Under the pieces are notes generated by a model, which had not been told where the DNA came from, made no database searches, and saw nothing but the letters and a program-made list of their open reading frames with translations. A stretch of DNA of 64,000 nt from the sequence record OK335775.1; one strand, given 5' to 3'. Source of the stretch: Escherichia phage PSD2002. Below, in pieces: positions 28,197 through 37,263 of this stretch (positions are counted from its first letter, which is position 1; each line of letters opens with the position of its first letter). The position numbers and the translations under genes are program-made.

Positions 28197-28337
28197 GGGA
28201 GCAACCTGGACCTCATAATTCAGTGAGGGACTCCCGCCAACCTGTAATAAGGTCGAGCCCAAGTGCGGTAATGGGTAAATGCAGAAAGGGACGAATTATG
28301 TGCCAAGGAATGGCCCACAACTTAAAAAGAGACAATT

Positions 28338-28883
28338 ATGAAAACGTTTTTAACCGGTAGTTATCTATCCCTGATGAATGCTTTTGCAAACCATTCTGAT
28401 GCTAGAGTAGAACACATTTGTAATAGTGGGTTTTATGTACCCGATTCACAAACCCTGTTTAAAGAATGCTGCACCTTAAAACTTGATGGTGGGCGCCAAT
28501 CCGGTAAAACTAAAGCAGTATCCATTTTTGCGTCTGATTGGTTAGCTGATGGCGGCTCTATTGTTATTTTGTCTAATTGCGCCGCGTATGCTAATGTTTC
28601 GGCTACTGCAATCCGAAAGGAATATTTTAATAACCATACAGAAAGTATTAAGTATCGTTTGTACACTGATTCTGTTCGTAGTTTTATTGGTAATACTGCA
28701 TGCAAATTCCGTGGATTATCGCTTTCACGTGTTCTGTATATAATTGATGAGCCTGTTAAAACACCCGATATGGATAAGATTTATGATGCCCATATAAAGG
28801 CGGTGCAACATTGCTGTCATGCATCATGTGTCGAAACCAATCAAACTGCACGTCCTCTGTTCTTTGTGATAGGAATGCAATGA
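28338..28883 (+). CDS. P-loop NTPase-like protein
   Basis: Walker A-like GGRQSGKT and Walker B-like LYIIDEP. Confidence 0.5.
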   Translation: MKTFLTGSYLSLMNAFANHSDARVEHICNSGFYVPDSQTLFKECCTLKLDGGRQSGKTKAVSIFASDWLADGGSIVILSNCAAYANVSATAIRKEYFNNHTESIKYRLYTDSVRSFIGNTACKFRGLSLSRVLYIIDEPVKTPDMDKIYDAHIKAVQHCCHASCVETNQTARPLFFVIGMQ

Positions 28884-29176
28884 TGACTGATGAAGAACTT
28901 TTTGAGTTCTGTTATTTCTCACGTAAGGTCCGAAGAGAGGACCTTACTGCAAATTTCGAGTATGCTTATTTCTATCCATTAGAATATGTATTCATGACAG
29001 GCCCCTTTAAGGGCTCTCGTTTTAGATGTCATGCACCAAGCATCCGATTAATGAAACAGGTTCCTTACTTTACTCTGGAATTTATTTCTGGGCCGTGTAA
29101 GGGTATTATCACTCGCAGTCTCTTAACTTATGACCAAGAGATTCATATGATTTCTGACTGGAAAAAATATGTCTAA
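28880..29176 (+). CDS. hypothetical protein
   Basis: ATGA overlap with the upstream stop. Confidence 0.4.
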   Translation: MMTDEELFEFCYFSRKVRREDLTANFEYAYFYPLEYVFMTGPFKGSRFRCHAPSIRLMKQVPYFTLEFISGPCKGIITRSLLTYDQEIHMISDWKKYV

Positions 29177-29387
29177 ATTGACAATTGAAGGCTCTGATGA
29201 AGCTCTGAAAAGATTTGTTGAATGGTTTAATGGACCAGGTGAACAAGACTTTCTGGAAGTCTGGGATGGCGGTCGGTGGAACGGTAAAGAAATGATTTAC
29301 CCGACTACCTATATCTCCGTGCAAGGTTGGACTGAAGGCCTTCGTTTGGTAGAATATGATATCGCAACTGGCGAGGAAGTGAAATGA
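29169..29387 (+). CDS. hypothetical protein
   Basis: 72-aa ORF translationally coupled to its neighbours. Confidence 0.4.
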   Translation: MSKLTIEGSDEALKRFVEWFNGPGEQDFLEVWDGGRWNGKEMIYPTTYISVQGWTEGLRLVEYDIATGEEVK

Positions 29388-29662
29388 TTGAAGATATAAA
29401 GGGTTATAAACCACATACCGACGATAAAATCGGTAAAGTGAATGCTATTAAAGATGCCGAAATTCGGTTAGGGCTGATGTTTAAAGCTCTGGAAGAAGAA
29501 CATGTTACTCATTATATGAACTTAGATACCGAAGAGGTTTCTGAACAAGAACTAGACCAGGCTCATGAACGCATCACCCAGATTCGTAATGCAATTGACC
29601 GTCTGAAAGAAGCAAGCATGTGGGCGTGTCGCTCTGTGTTCCAACCGGAAGAAAAGTACTAA
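29384..29662 (+). CDS. hypothetical protein
   Basis: 92-aa ORF with ATGA overlap. Confidence 0.4.
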   Translation: MIEDIKGYKPHTDDKIGKVNAIKDAEIRLGLMFKALEEEHVTHYMNLDTEEVSEQELDQAHERITQIRNAIDRLKEASMWACRSVFQPEEKY

Positions 29663-29668
29663 AGAGCA

Positions 29669-29719
29669 GTTTACATCTCCTGTAGACGTGGTACTATAGA
29701 CCTATCAACTACAGGAGAT
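29669..29719 (+). promoter_or_regulatory. early promoter / stem-loop cassette (PeSL-like)
   Basis: GTTTAC ... TGGTACTATAGACCTATCAA; inverted repeat ATCTCCTGTAG / CTACAGGAGAT identical to the denV cassette. Confidence 0.6.
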
Positions 29720-29725
29720 TACAAA

Positions 29726-30184
29726 ATGTCAGAAATTAATTCAGAAGTATTCATCCGCCGCAACAAATTACGTCGTCAGTTCGAAACCGAATTCCGCGAA
29801 CTGAACACGTCCATCAAAAAAGCCGCCGTTAAGAGCGGAGTCCCGGCCTTCTTTATTAAGTACTCTAATCACTTGTTGGACCGTGCTATCCAACGTGAAA
29901 TCGACGAAAAATACGTTTTTGCTTTATTCAAGCAACTCCATAACCATGTTAAAGAAATCCATGAATTTTTAATCCAGGAACCTCTGCCTGATGTAGAATC
30001 CGAAATTGTCCCTGGTAAAGTGTATCGTCCATTGCGTCTCGAAATTACCGATAAAACCTTATGGCTAGGTATGACCGTAGACCGTAAACATCCTGATAAA
30101 GGATATTCCCTTAAATGTCGTATGGCATTTGTTAACTCTAAACGTTTAGAAGGTAAAACCAGCACGAAAGTAATTTACTTGTGA
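29726..30184 (+). CDS. hypothetical protein
   Basis: 152-aa ORF downstream of the cassette. Confidence 0.45.
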   Translation: MSEINSEVFIRRNKLRRQFETEFRELNTSIKKAAVKSGVPAFFIKYSNHLLDRAIQREIDEKYVFALFKQLHNHVKEIHEFLIQEPLPDVESEIVPGKVYRPLRLEITDKTLWLGMTVDRKHPDKGYSLKCRMAFVNSKRLEGKTSTKVIYL

Positions 30185-30191
30185 GGACAGT

Positions 30192-30938
30192 ATGGAAACT
30201 ATAAAATATCCATATGACTACTATAAAATAATAAATGACGCCTTATCTAGGGATACACCTAATGATGCCTATACAGAAAAGCACCATATAATACCGAGTT
30301 GCGTTGGTGGTCCTGACACTCAAGACAATTTAGTTGAGCTTTATGCTGACGAACATTATTTGGCCCATATGTATCTAGCCAAAGCTAATCCAAACCACTA
30401 TGGGTTGAATTTTGCTTGGCTAAATATGAGCTCTACTTCAAATTCAAAACAAAGGTCTTATTTTGTAGATTCTGAAAATTATAAGTTGGCTAAAGAATCA
30501 TTTTCAAAATTGCAATCTATTAATAAAATTTTATTTTTCTCTAAAAAGGAAAATAGGGCTGCTCATTCAATGGCTTTAATAAAGTATTTTGAAAAGGAAG
30601 GCTCTAAAGAACGGCTCAAAGAAATTTTAAATTCGCCAAAAGTAAAAGCTAAAATGTCTGAAAAACGGGTTAAGTATTTTGAAAATCCTGAAAATAGACA
30701 AAAATTTAAAGCCATACAAAATTCTAAAGAAACTATAGAAAGGAAAAAAGCCTCTTTGCGGAAATCCCCTATATGGCATGAACCGATGTATTCACAATTA
30801 TATAAATTATGGGTAGATAATAATAAACTCAAGTGTGGAAGATTTAGTAAAATCGCAATTAAGAACGGCTTCCCTAATGTAGATTACCGAGGACTTATTG
30901 ATTATGATTTTTCTAAAAAAAACTTAAATATTCTTTAA
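30192..30938 (+). CDS. freestanding HNH homing endonuclease
   Basis: HNH motif EKHHIIPSCVGGPDTQDNLVELYADEHYLAHM; C-terminal basic module shared with the endonuclease at 53672. Confidence 0.7.
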   Translation: METIKYPYDYYKIINDALSRDTPNDAYTEKHHIIPSCVGGPDTQDNLVELYADEHYLAHMYLAKANPNHYGLNFAWLNMSSTSNSKQRSYFVDSENYKLAKESFSKLQSINKILFFSKKENRAAHSMALIKYFEKEGSKERLKEILNSPKVKAKMSEKRVKYFENPENRQKFKAIQNSKETIERKKASLRKSPIWHEPMYSQLYKLWVDNNKLKCGRFSKIAIKNGFPNVDYRGLIDYDFSKKNLNIL

Positions 30939-30940
30939 TA

Positions 30941-31462
30941 GTGGCTATTATGTGTGGTTCGTTTTCTGTAAGTGCAGCAGAACCCGTATTTACAGAAACC
31001 CAGCTTGATAATTTACATTATGCGTATGCTTTCGGTGAACAATACCAAAAGTCGGGAAAGTTCAAAGAAAACCCTAATCAAAAAGGATTAGGATATATTA
31101 TGGCCGGATTACTATGGCAGGAATCATCCGCCGGAATTAATCAGGGTTTAAATAAAGATAAGCACCATGCTTATGGCATGTTCCAAAATTACTTGCCTAC
31201 TTTAAGAAGTCGTGTTCAACAGGTAGGTTGGAAGATGTCTGATAAAGAAATAATTCGTATGGTCCAAAAACGACAGAACAGTGCCTCTTGGGCCTACATT
31301 GAACTGTCTTATTGGATTGATGTTCACAAAGGTGACCTGAGAAAAGCGATTGCTTCTTATAATGCGGGCTGGAACGTCAAAGTAGGCAGTAAATATGCTT
31401 CTGAAGTTCTAGAAAAGGCCAATTATCTAAAATCTAAAAAGATGTTTGAGGCGGTATATTAA
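30941..31462 (+). CDS. lytic transglycosylase-like (SLT domain) protein
   Basis: GLLWQESS ... GMFQ ... ASYNAG resemble SLT motifs (ES, GLMQ, AYNAG); hydrophobic N-terminus. Confidence 0.5.
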   Translation: MAIMCGSFSVSAAEPVFTETQLDNLHYAYAFGEQYQKSGKFKENPNQKGLGYIMAGLLWQESSAGINQGLNKDKHHAYGMFQNYLPTLRSRVQQVGWKMSDKEIIRMVQKRQNSASWAYIELSYWIDVHKGDLRKAIASYNAGWNVKVGSKYASEVLEKANYLKSKKMFEAVY

Positions 31463-31819
31463 ATGATTAAGCAGATGACTATAGCGCTTATGTTGATTGC
31501 TCCGGGAGTATTAGCGTCACAAGTTTATGATAGTAATAATTCAATTGTCGAGTATGCTACCCGTACAGCAAAAGATTATTGTCATCCGAGTAATACTGAA
31601 TGCATTATCGAATTCAGTTCAAAAATCACGGCTGCTTTTAAAGATGGGCAGAACGACGTAGAGCATCGACGAATGAAAGAGAAAACTCTTTCTAAAAGAT
31701 ACGAGCAACGTCTAAACGTTACTGAATGTATTCCATCTGATAAAAAGTACAAAGAAATGTGCGCGTCTATGGTAGACAGACTCGTTGACTCGTACAACCG
31801 AGGATTAAACTCTAAATGA
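31463..31819 (+). CDS. secreted/periplasmic small protein
   Basis: Signal-peptide-like N-terminus MIKQMTIALMLIAPGVLASQ. Confidence 0.45.
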   Translation: MIKQMTIALMLIAPGVLASQVYDSNNSIVEYATRTAKDYCHPSNTECIIEFSSKITAAFKDGQNDVEHRRMKEKTLSKRYEQRLNVTECIPSDKKYKEMCASMVDRLVDSYNRGLNSK

Positions 31820-32283
31820 TTATTGATTATATTAAGGGCGATATTGTCGCCCTGTTTCTTCAAGGTAATAATGTTGCACACGGGTGCAACTGTTTCCATA
31901 CAATGGGTTCAGGTGTAGCCGGACAATTGGCTAAGGCTTATCCACCTATTCTCGCTATCGATAAAACAACTTGTTTAGGTGATTTGGCAAAACTTGGCAC
32001 GTTTACTCAAGCTACAGGTAATAATGGCCAAATTTGCTATAATTTATATACCCAATACGAACCGGGCCCTAATCTTGATTACGGTGCTTTAGTAAACTGT
32101 ATGATAGAATTAAACCGTACCGCAAAGGGTCTTTTGTTTAAACCAAGAATTTATATCCCTCGTATCGGTTGTGGTATTGCTGGTGGTGATTGGGACAAGG
32201 TTTATCAATTGATTAATTTGTTTACTCCTGATATTAATTTAGTGGTGGTAGATTATGAAAGCCCATTACCCGCATCCGTTTGA
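31816..32283 (+). CDS. macro-domain protein (ADP-ribose binding / processing)
   Basis: GDIVALFL...NVAHGCNCFHTMGSGVAGQL and PRIGCGIAGGDW match macro-domain signature blocks. Confidence 0.6.
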   Translation: MIIDYIKGDIVALFLQGNNVAHGCNCFHTMGSGVAGQLAKAYPPILAIDKTTCLGDLAKLGTFTQATGNNGQICYNLYTQYEPGPNLDYGALVNCMIELNRTAKGLLFKPRIYIPRIGCGIAGGDWDKVYQLINLFTPDINLVVVDYESPLPASV

Positions 32284-32467
32284 CCCTAAAAATAAAGCGG
32301 AAATTATTCGACACTGGTCCGAAACCCGAGTAACTAAATGCCCTATAAAAAGTCAACACAACACCGATAAATGGTATATCGGTGAATATGTTGAATATAC
32401 TTTTATAGATAAAAATAAACGTAAGCAGCATGTAGAAGAATATTGCTTAAAGGTACAATGGTTATGA
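32255..32467 (+). CDS. hypothetical protein
   Basis: 70-aa ORF overlapping the macro gene end. Confidence 0.35.
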   Translation: MKAHYPHPFDPKNKAEIIRHWSETRVTKCPIKSQHNTDKWYIGEYVEYTFIDKNKRKQHVEEYCLKVQWL

Positions 32468-32649
32468 GCCTGAGTAAAGAACAGAAAGATAAATTGTTTG
32501 AGCTTATCCATGAACTTCTAGATGAGCATGCAGAAGCAAATTCTTTTTATGATGAATATGGCCCTATAGATGCCGAACACCAGGAAGAATTTGCTAATCG
32601 ATTTGATGAGAAAGAAAATGAATTAATTGCTTATGTAAATAGTCTTTAA
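32464..32649 (+). CDS. small acidic protein
   Basis: ATGA overlap; 61 aa, D/E-rich. Confidence 0.35.
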   Translation: MSLSKEQKDKLFELIHELLDEHAEANSFYDEYGPIDAEHQEEFANRFDEKENELIAYVNSL

Positions 32650-32658
32650 GAAGGTAAT

Positions 32659-33231
32659 ATGGCTCAACTTTATTTTCACTATGCGGCGATGAATTCTGGG
32701 AAGACCGCTTCATTGCTAACAGCGGCTCATAACTACAAAGAACGCGGTATGGGCGTACTCCTTTTAAAGCCTGCGATAGACAATAGAGAATCAAGCCATA
32801 GCATTTCGTCTCGTATAGGGATTAGTCAAGAGGCTAATGCCGTGACTCCGGATATGGACCTATACGAGTTCTATCGTTGGGCTGAATCTCAAAAAGATAT
32901 CCACTGTGTATTTGTGGATGAAGCACAGTTCTTAGAACCTGCACAGATAAAACAACTGGCAAAGATAGTAGACAATTATAATGTTCCGGTTATGTGCTAT
33001 GGGCTAAGAACTGATTTTCAGGGTAAACTGTTTCCTGGCTCTGCTGAATTACTCGCTACGGCAGATAAACTCGTTGAGTACAAAGGTGTGTGCCATTGTG
33101 GCCGTAAAGCTACTATGACTGCTAGGGTCCAGGATGGTATCGCAATTAAGGACGGCGCCCAAGTTTCTATAGGTGGCAACGATTCTTACGTGTCATTGTG
33201 CAGGAAGCACTGGATAGAAATAACGAGTTGA
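32659..33231 (+). CDS. tk: thymidine kinase
   Basis: P-loop AAMNSGKTASLL; DIHCVFVDEAQFL; Zn-ribbon VCHCGRKATMTAR ... SLCRKHW; closely resembles T4 Tk. Confidence 0.9.
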   Translation: MAQLYFHYAAMNSGKTASLLTAAHNYKERGMGVLLLKPAIDNRESSHSISSRIGISQEANAVTPDMDLYEFYRWAESQKDIHCVFVDEAQFLEPAQIKQLAKIVDNYNVPVMCYGLRTDFQGKLFPGSAELLATADKLVEYKGVCHCGRKATMTARVQDGIAIKDGAQVSIGGNDSYVSLCRKHWIEITS

Positions 33232-33238
33232 GGGTATT

Positions 33239-33517
33239 ATGGACCTAAATTCAAAGATTTTAATTCTAGCGTTCGCTGTGGCTATTTCTTATATTGTTCT
33301 TTCGCCTATCATGGATGATGTGGCTTACAAAAGAGAGATAGAGGTTGTAGCAGCGACGTATAATGCTAATAATAAAGAATGTCCTAATAAAAATGGGATG
33401 GATTTAATTAAAGCGCATTATATGCTTTCCATTAACTCGCCTATACAGAGGAATTGGGTTGAATATAATTTTAACGACGTGTTCTATTCTTATTGTCGTA
33501 AGCTTAAAAAGCTATAA
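33239..33517 (+). CDS. small membrane/secreted protein
   Basis: N-terminal hydrophobic segment ILILAFAVAISYIVL. Confidence 0.4.
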   Translation: MDLNSKILILAFAVAISYIVLSPIMDDVAYKREIEVVAATYNANNKECPNKNGMDLIKAHYMLSINSPIQRNWVEYNFNDVFYSYCRKLKKL

Positions 33518-33609
33518 ATAATAATACTAACCGTAGAGCTTTAGCTTTTGGTAATCGCTATCGGTTAAGGCCGAAAGGCAAATAGTATAAAACAACAAAG
33601 GACTTTTGT

Positions 33610-33903
33610 ATGGATATTTTCCGTACAGCGGCTTGTATCCTTATGGCGGGATGTTTAAGCCCTACAGTTTCACTAGCAAATAATACTCACGATAAATTGA
33701 TGGATGCATTTGCTAGTAGTGCGATGCCTGTTTATGCGCAAATGAGTAGACCTAGCATAAAGGCCTCCGAAGACTATTGGGCCTATGTTACGGCTTCCTG
33801 GAAGATTTCAAGTTGTCAGACTGTAGAAACATGCTCAATTGAAGGTCGTGCCATCGGAGAGCGTTATGTAAAACTAATGAAGGTGGAAGATGAAGTTCAA
33901 TGA
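33610..33903 (+). CDS. small secreted protein
   Basis: Signal-peptide-like AACILMAGCLSPTVSLA. Confidence 0.4.
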   Translation: MDIFRTAACILMAGCLSPTVSLANNTHDKLMDAFASSAMPVYAQMSRPSIKASEDYWAYVTASWKISSCQTVETCSIEGRAIGERYVKLMKVEDEVQ

Positions 33904-34273
33904 TTTCGTACCCGGTCGAGGGTCTGAAGTGGATTCTTATATTGGTTGGCTACTGGTTTCTTTAGCCTATTTTAAGTCAGCCCATTTAGAAACCAAAAGC
34001 TATGCAAGACACAAAGCATATGACTTCTATTATGTAGAAGTTCAAGGACCGCTGGACCAATTTAGTGAGCAATATCTTGGATTCAGTGGCAAAGAATATA
34101 AAGCATCATTACCGTCTGCTTCAGACTTGCCTAAGGACCCGGTAGATTTTCTTGATGAGCTTCTTAAAGCATCTGATAAAATCTATGATACCCTTCCTAA
34201 GGCCATCCAGTCGACTTTGGACGATATCACTGGTGTCTTTTACCAGACTAAGTATTTGTTGACGTTAGAATAA
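33890..34273 (+). CDS. hypothetical protein
   Basis: 127-aa ORF. Confidence 0.4.
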   Translation: MKFNDFVPGRGSEVDSYIGWLLVSLAYFKSAHLETKSYARHKAYDFYYVEVQGPLDQFSEQYLGFSGKEYKASLPSASDLPKDPVDFLDELLKASDKIYDTLPKAIQSTLDDITGVFYQTKYLLTLE

Positions 34274-34278
34274 TCAAA

Positions 34279-34304
34279 GGTCTCACTTCGGTGGGACCTT
34301 TTTT
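34279..34304 (+). terminator. rho-independent terminator
   Basis: GGTCTCAC-TTCG-GTGGGACC followed by TTTTTT. Confidence 0.7.
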
Positions 34305-34313
34305 CGTTTAGGT

Positions 34314-34342
34314 GTTTACATCCTCTAGGAACATGATACTAT
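34314..34342 (+). promoter_or_regulatory. T4-type early promoter cassette
   Basis: GTTTAC ... TGATACTATAGACCTATCAACTAATGAGGAGAA. Confidence 0.6.
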
Positions 34343-34370
34343 AGACCTATCAACTAATGAGGAGAACAAA

Positions 34371-34607
34371 ATGAAACTTACAAGTACTACGGTTTCATTA
34401 GAATATGAAATCAACGGTCGTATCCTTGAGATTAAGATATTCGACGACCGAAGTATCTTTGCCGATTATCGAGGATACAGAATTCGTCTAGAAAAGGACG
34501 AGCTCAAGGAACCCTGGCTCCTTAAAGACACATTAAAGGGTTGTGGATGTAAACTGAATACAGCCCAGGCCCAAGAATTAATTTCTACTATCAACAAATA
34601 CTGGTGA
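34371..34607 (+). CDS. hypothetical protein
   Basis: 78-aa ORF after GAGGAGAACAAA. Confidence 0.4.
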   Translation: MKLTSTTVSLEYEINGRILEIKIFDDRSIFADYRGYRIRLEKDELKEPWLLKDTLKGCGCKLNTAQAQELISTINKYW

Positions 34608-34611
34608 TATT

Positions 34612-34794
34612 ATGTTAACTACTGAACAGATTGAACAAATCCTTAAACTAGCTACTGCTATTGAACGTGATTCTTATGATAGTGCAGTAGAACATTGCGA
34701 AGGCTATTCATATTCCGGAATAGAGCAGTGTAAACGAGATTTGGCTAATTCTAAAGCGGCCTTGGTTGAGTATCTGAATGGGTTGAAAGCCTAA
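34612..34794 (+). CDS. hypothetical protein
   Basis: 60-aa ORF. Confidence 0.35.
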   Translation: MLTTEQIEQILKLATAIERDSYDSAVEHCEGYSYSGIEQCKRDLANSKAALVEYLNGLKA

Positions 34795-34819
34795 TGGCTG
34801 TCGGCATAGGAGCATGAAG

Positions 34820-34915
34820 ATGATTTATTACTTAGAACCCTGGGCTTGGTCAACAATGATTATAGGCCCTATTTTAATCGGTTTATTCTTTTCATGGTTA
34901 GCGAGGAAATTGTAA
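34820..34915 (+). CDS. hydrophobic micro-protein (31 aa)
   Basis: Below the ORF-track size cutoff; ATAGGAG SD; MIYYLEPWAWSTMIIGPILIGLFFSWLARKL; stop abuts the next ATG. Confidence 0.35.
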   Translation: MIYYLEPWAWSTMIIGPILIGLFFSWLARKL

Positions 34916-35113
34916 ATGTTATACGATCCAAATGGTTGTTCTGAAGATGGTGTGATTGCCCTTTTAGCAGATGTTGAAGAATCTGACGATGACGTCTTTG
35001 TTAAAGATTGGGAAGAAAAAGGTGGAATTACGCTCCAACAAGAAAATGATATGATTTGTCTGAATGCAGACCAAGTCGAAGAGCTTTATAGTATTTTAAA
35101 ACATAACCGTTGA
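34916..35113 (+). CDS. small acidic protein
   Basis: 65 aa, D/E-rich. Confidence 0.35.
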   Translation: MLYDPNGCSEDGVIALLADVEESDDDVFVKDWEEKGGITLQQENDMICLNADQVEELYSILKHNR

Positions 35114-35123
35114 GGAATAGAAA

Positions 35124-35684
35124 ATGATTATTGAAACAACTGAATTGTTTGGCGAACTGTCCGCTGAAGTAGTTAATAACGCAATTGAGCTTTCACAAGA
35201 AGACGATAAAATCGTACTGACTATCGCTGATATTAAACCGCTTTATGATTTAATGGTTTTAGATAGACACGATTATCTTAACGGTCGACATAGCGCTCCT
35301 ATCGATATCAATGATGGTGTGTTTGCCTATATCTATAAAAATGAAACTGGGTTTAATCTGGAAAATGGTATTGAATGTCTGAGCATCAGCGATTCTGATA
35401 AATTCTTTGATTGTATTTTCAAACTGTTCCAGGAAGAATGCAAGCCAGAAGTTGAATGGAAAGTCCCAGGTCAAGATGCACTGATTCGTTCTAGTGAAAC
35501 GTTTGAAGGCGATGAAGAGGAATTAGATTATAATACTGAACTGACTGTGCTTCAACATCAGGGTCGTGATTTGCTATCCTTGACCCAAAGACACGATGGT
35601 GAAAGTGAAGTGGTATTTACTAAGGATGAGCTCAAAGCTTTAGTCTCTTATCTGAACTCTGTTATCCCAACTATGAACTCTTAA
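35124..35684 (+). CDS. acidic protein (186 aa)
   Basis: ORF with GAGGAATAGAAA SD; strongly acidic. Confidence 0.45.
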   Translation: MIIETTELFGELSAEVVNNAIELSQEDDKIVLTIADIKPLYDLMVLDRHDYLNGRHSAPIDINDGVFAYIYKNETGFNLENGIECLSISDSDKFFDCIFKLFQEECKPEVEWKVPGQDALIRSSETFEGDEEELDYNTELTVLQHQGRDLLSLTQRHDGESEVVFTKDELKALVSYLNSVIPTMNS

Positions 35685-35694
35685 GGAAAATATT

Positions 35695-36147
35695 ATGATT
35701 ATCAATGCAAACTCTTGGCACGTTAAATTACACGACCGTTTTTATGACCGTCATTCTCGACCACACTCTTTGTGTGCTTACTTCTGGAAAATGGTTTGGG
35801 CTTGTTTTGCTTGTGCTGTTGTTGCAGGTAGTACGCTTTTTGGATTAACTGTTGCAGGTGTTGGTGTATTAGAGCATTTCTTTGTATTAAGTACCCCTGT
35901 TCTGTTGAGTCTAGGGTTTGTTTTAGGATTGGTTGCAATAGCTCTTATTATTGCGCTATCCATTGGTTTGGCATTCGGTGTGATGAATTTACACTCATGG
36001 TATGATTTACGTAAAGAAGAAAAGGAATGGCAACTAATTAAAGCTAAACGTGAAGGAAAGGAAATTAAAGAAAACATTGTTATCCAATATATCAAAGCTC
36101 GTAAATCTAAGGTCTGTCCGGTAATCCATTTTGAGGCGAAGAAATGA
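35695..36147 (+). CDS. membrane protein
   Basis: Hydrophobic segments MVWACFACAVVAGSTLFGLTVAGVGV and LLSLGFVLGLVAIALIIALSIGLAFGV. Confidence 0.45.
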   Translation: MIINANSWHVKLHDRFYDRHSRPHSLCAYFWKMVWACFACAVVAGSTLFGLTVAGVGVLEHFFVLSTPVLLSLGFVLGLVAIALIIALSIGLAFGVMNLHSWYDLRKEEKEWQLIKAKREGKEIKENIVIQYIKARKSKVCPVIHFEAKK

Positions 36148-37154
36148 GAACAGTTGTTAAGGGCTACTTCGGTAGCCACCTTTATGGAACAAGTACTCCG
36201 GAATCTGATGTCGATTTTAAAGAAATCTTTGTTCCGCATCCGCGTGATATTCTGTTAGGTACGGCTATGAACCATACCAACCTGAACACGAATAACACTG
36301 CTTCCAAAAACACTAAAGATGATGTTGACCATGAGCTTTATAGCCTGAAATATTTCTTTAAACTGGCTGCTGATGGCGAAACCGTTGCTCTGGATATGCT
36401 CCACACTCCACCTGAACTGGTGGTTAAATCTGATTTACCTGATGTATGGAAATTTATCCAAGACAATCGTTCTCGGTTCTATACGACTAACATGAAAGCC
36501 TATTTAGGGTATGTCCGTAAGCAAGCTTCTAAATATGGTGTTAAAGGTTCTCGTCTGGCTGCTCTGCGTGGTGTACTGGCTATTGTTAACCAGATTCCTG
36601 AACAGTGGGTCGACTATCAAGAAGGAATCCCTGATAGACTTCGTCGTACTAAGGTAGAAGATATCAAACATCGACTCCCTGAAAACGAATTCTGTGAATG
36701 GGTATTCCATAACCATGAGAAAACAGGCCCTCAAACGTTCTATACTGTTCTTGGACGTAAGTACCAAACTACTTTATCTTTAATCGAGCTCAAGCAATCT
36801 CTGAATAAGCTCGATGCGGAATATGGTGAACGGGCCCGTAAAGCTGAAGCTAACGAAGGTATTGACTGGAAAGCTCTGAGCCATGCTTATCGCGCAGGGT
36901 ATCAATTGTTGGAAATCTACCAAACAGGCGACCTGGTGTTCCCATTGCGCGAAGCCTCTATCATTAAGCTGATTAAAGCCGGTGAATTACCATTTAAAGA
37001 AGTTCAAGAACTTCTTGAAGATACTGTTGATTTGGTTGAAGTCCTAGCCATCCAGGCATCTAAGAACGGTATGCCTGAGAAGGTAGACATGAAGTTCTGG
37101 GACAAGTTCGTTGAAGAGGTATACCTCGACAACCACAACTCGTATTATAAATGA
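36144..37154 (+). CDS. Pol-beta superfamily nucleotidyltransferase-domain protein
   Basis: N-terminal GS-x10-DVD motif (YFGSHLYGTSTPESDVDF); C-terminal helical region. Confidence 0.55.
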   Translation: MRTVVKGYFGSHLYGTSTPESDVDFKEIFVPHPRDILLGTAMNHTNLNTNNTASKNTKDDVDHELYSLKYFFKLAADGETVALDMLHTPPELVVKSDLPDVWKFIQDNRSRFYTTNMKAYLGYVRKQASKYGVKGSRLAALRGVLAIVNQIPEQWVDYQEGIPDRLRRTKVEDIKHRLPENEFCEWVFHNHEKTGPQTFYTVLGRKYQTTLSLIELKQSLNKLDAEYGERARKAEANEGIDWKALSHAYRAGYQLLEIYQTGDLVFPLREASIIKLIKAGELPFKEVQELLEDTVDLVEVLAIQASKNGMPEKVDMKFWDKFVEEVYLDNHNSYYK

Positions 37155-37159
37155 TAAAA

Positions 37160-37178
37160 GGCCTTCGGGCCTTTTTTT
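37160..37178 (+). terminator. rho-independent terminator
   Basis: GGCC-TTCG-GGCC followed by TTTTTTT. Confidence 0.7.
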
Positions 37179-37197
37179 GGGTTTAGTGCAAAAAAGA

Positions 37198-37227
37198 GTT
37201 TACACTCTCGTAGAGCATGTTATTATG
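37198..37227 (+). promoter_or_regulatory. T4-type early promoter cassette
   Basis: GTTTAC ... TGTTATTATGGACCTATCAAA plus conserved leader GAGTGAAATGGAGAATATAATG. Confidence 0.55.
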
Positions 37228-37263
37228 GACCTATCAAATCTACTGAGTGAAATGGAGAATATA

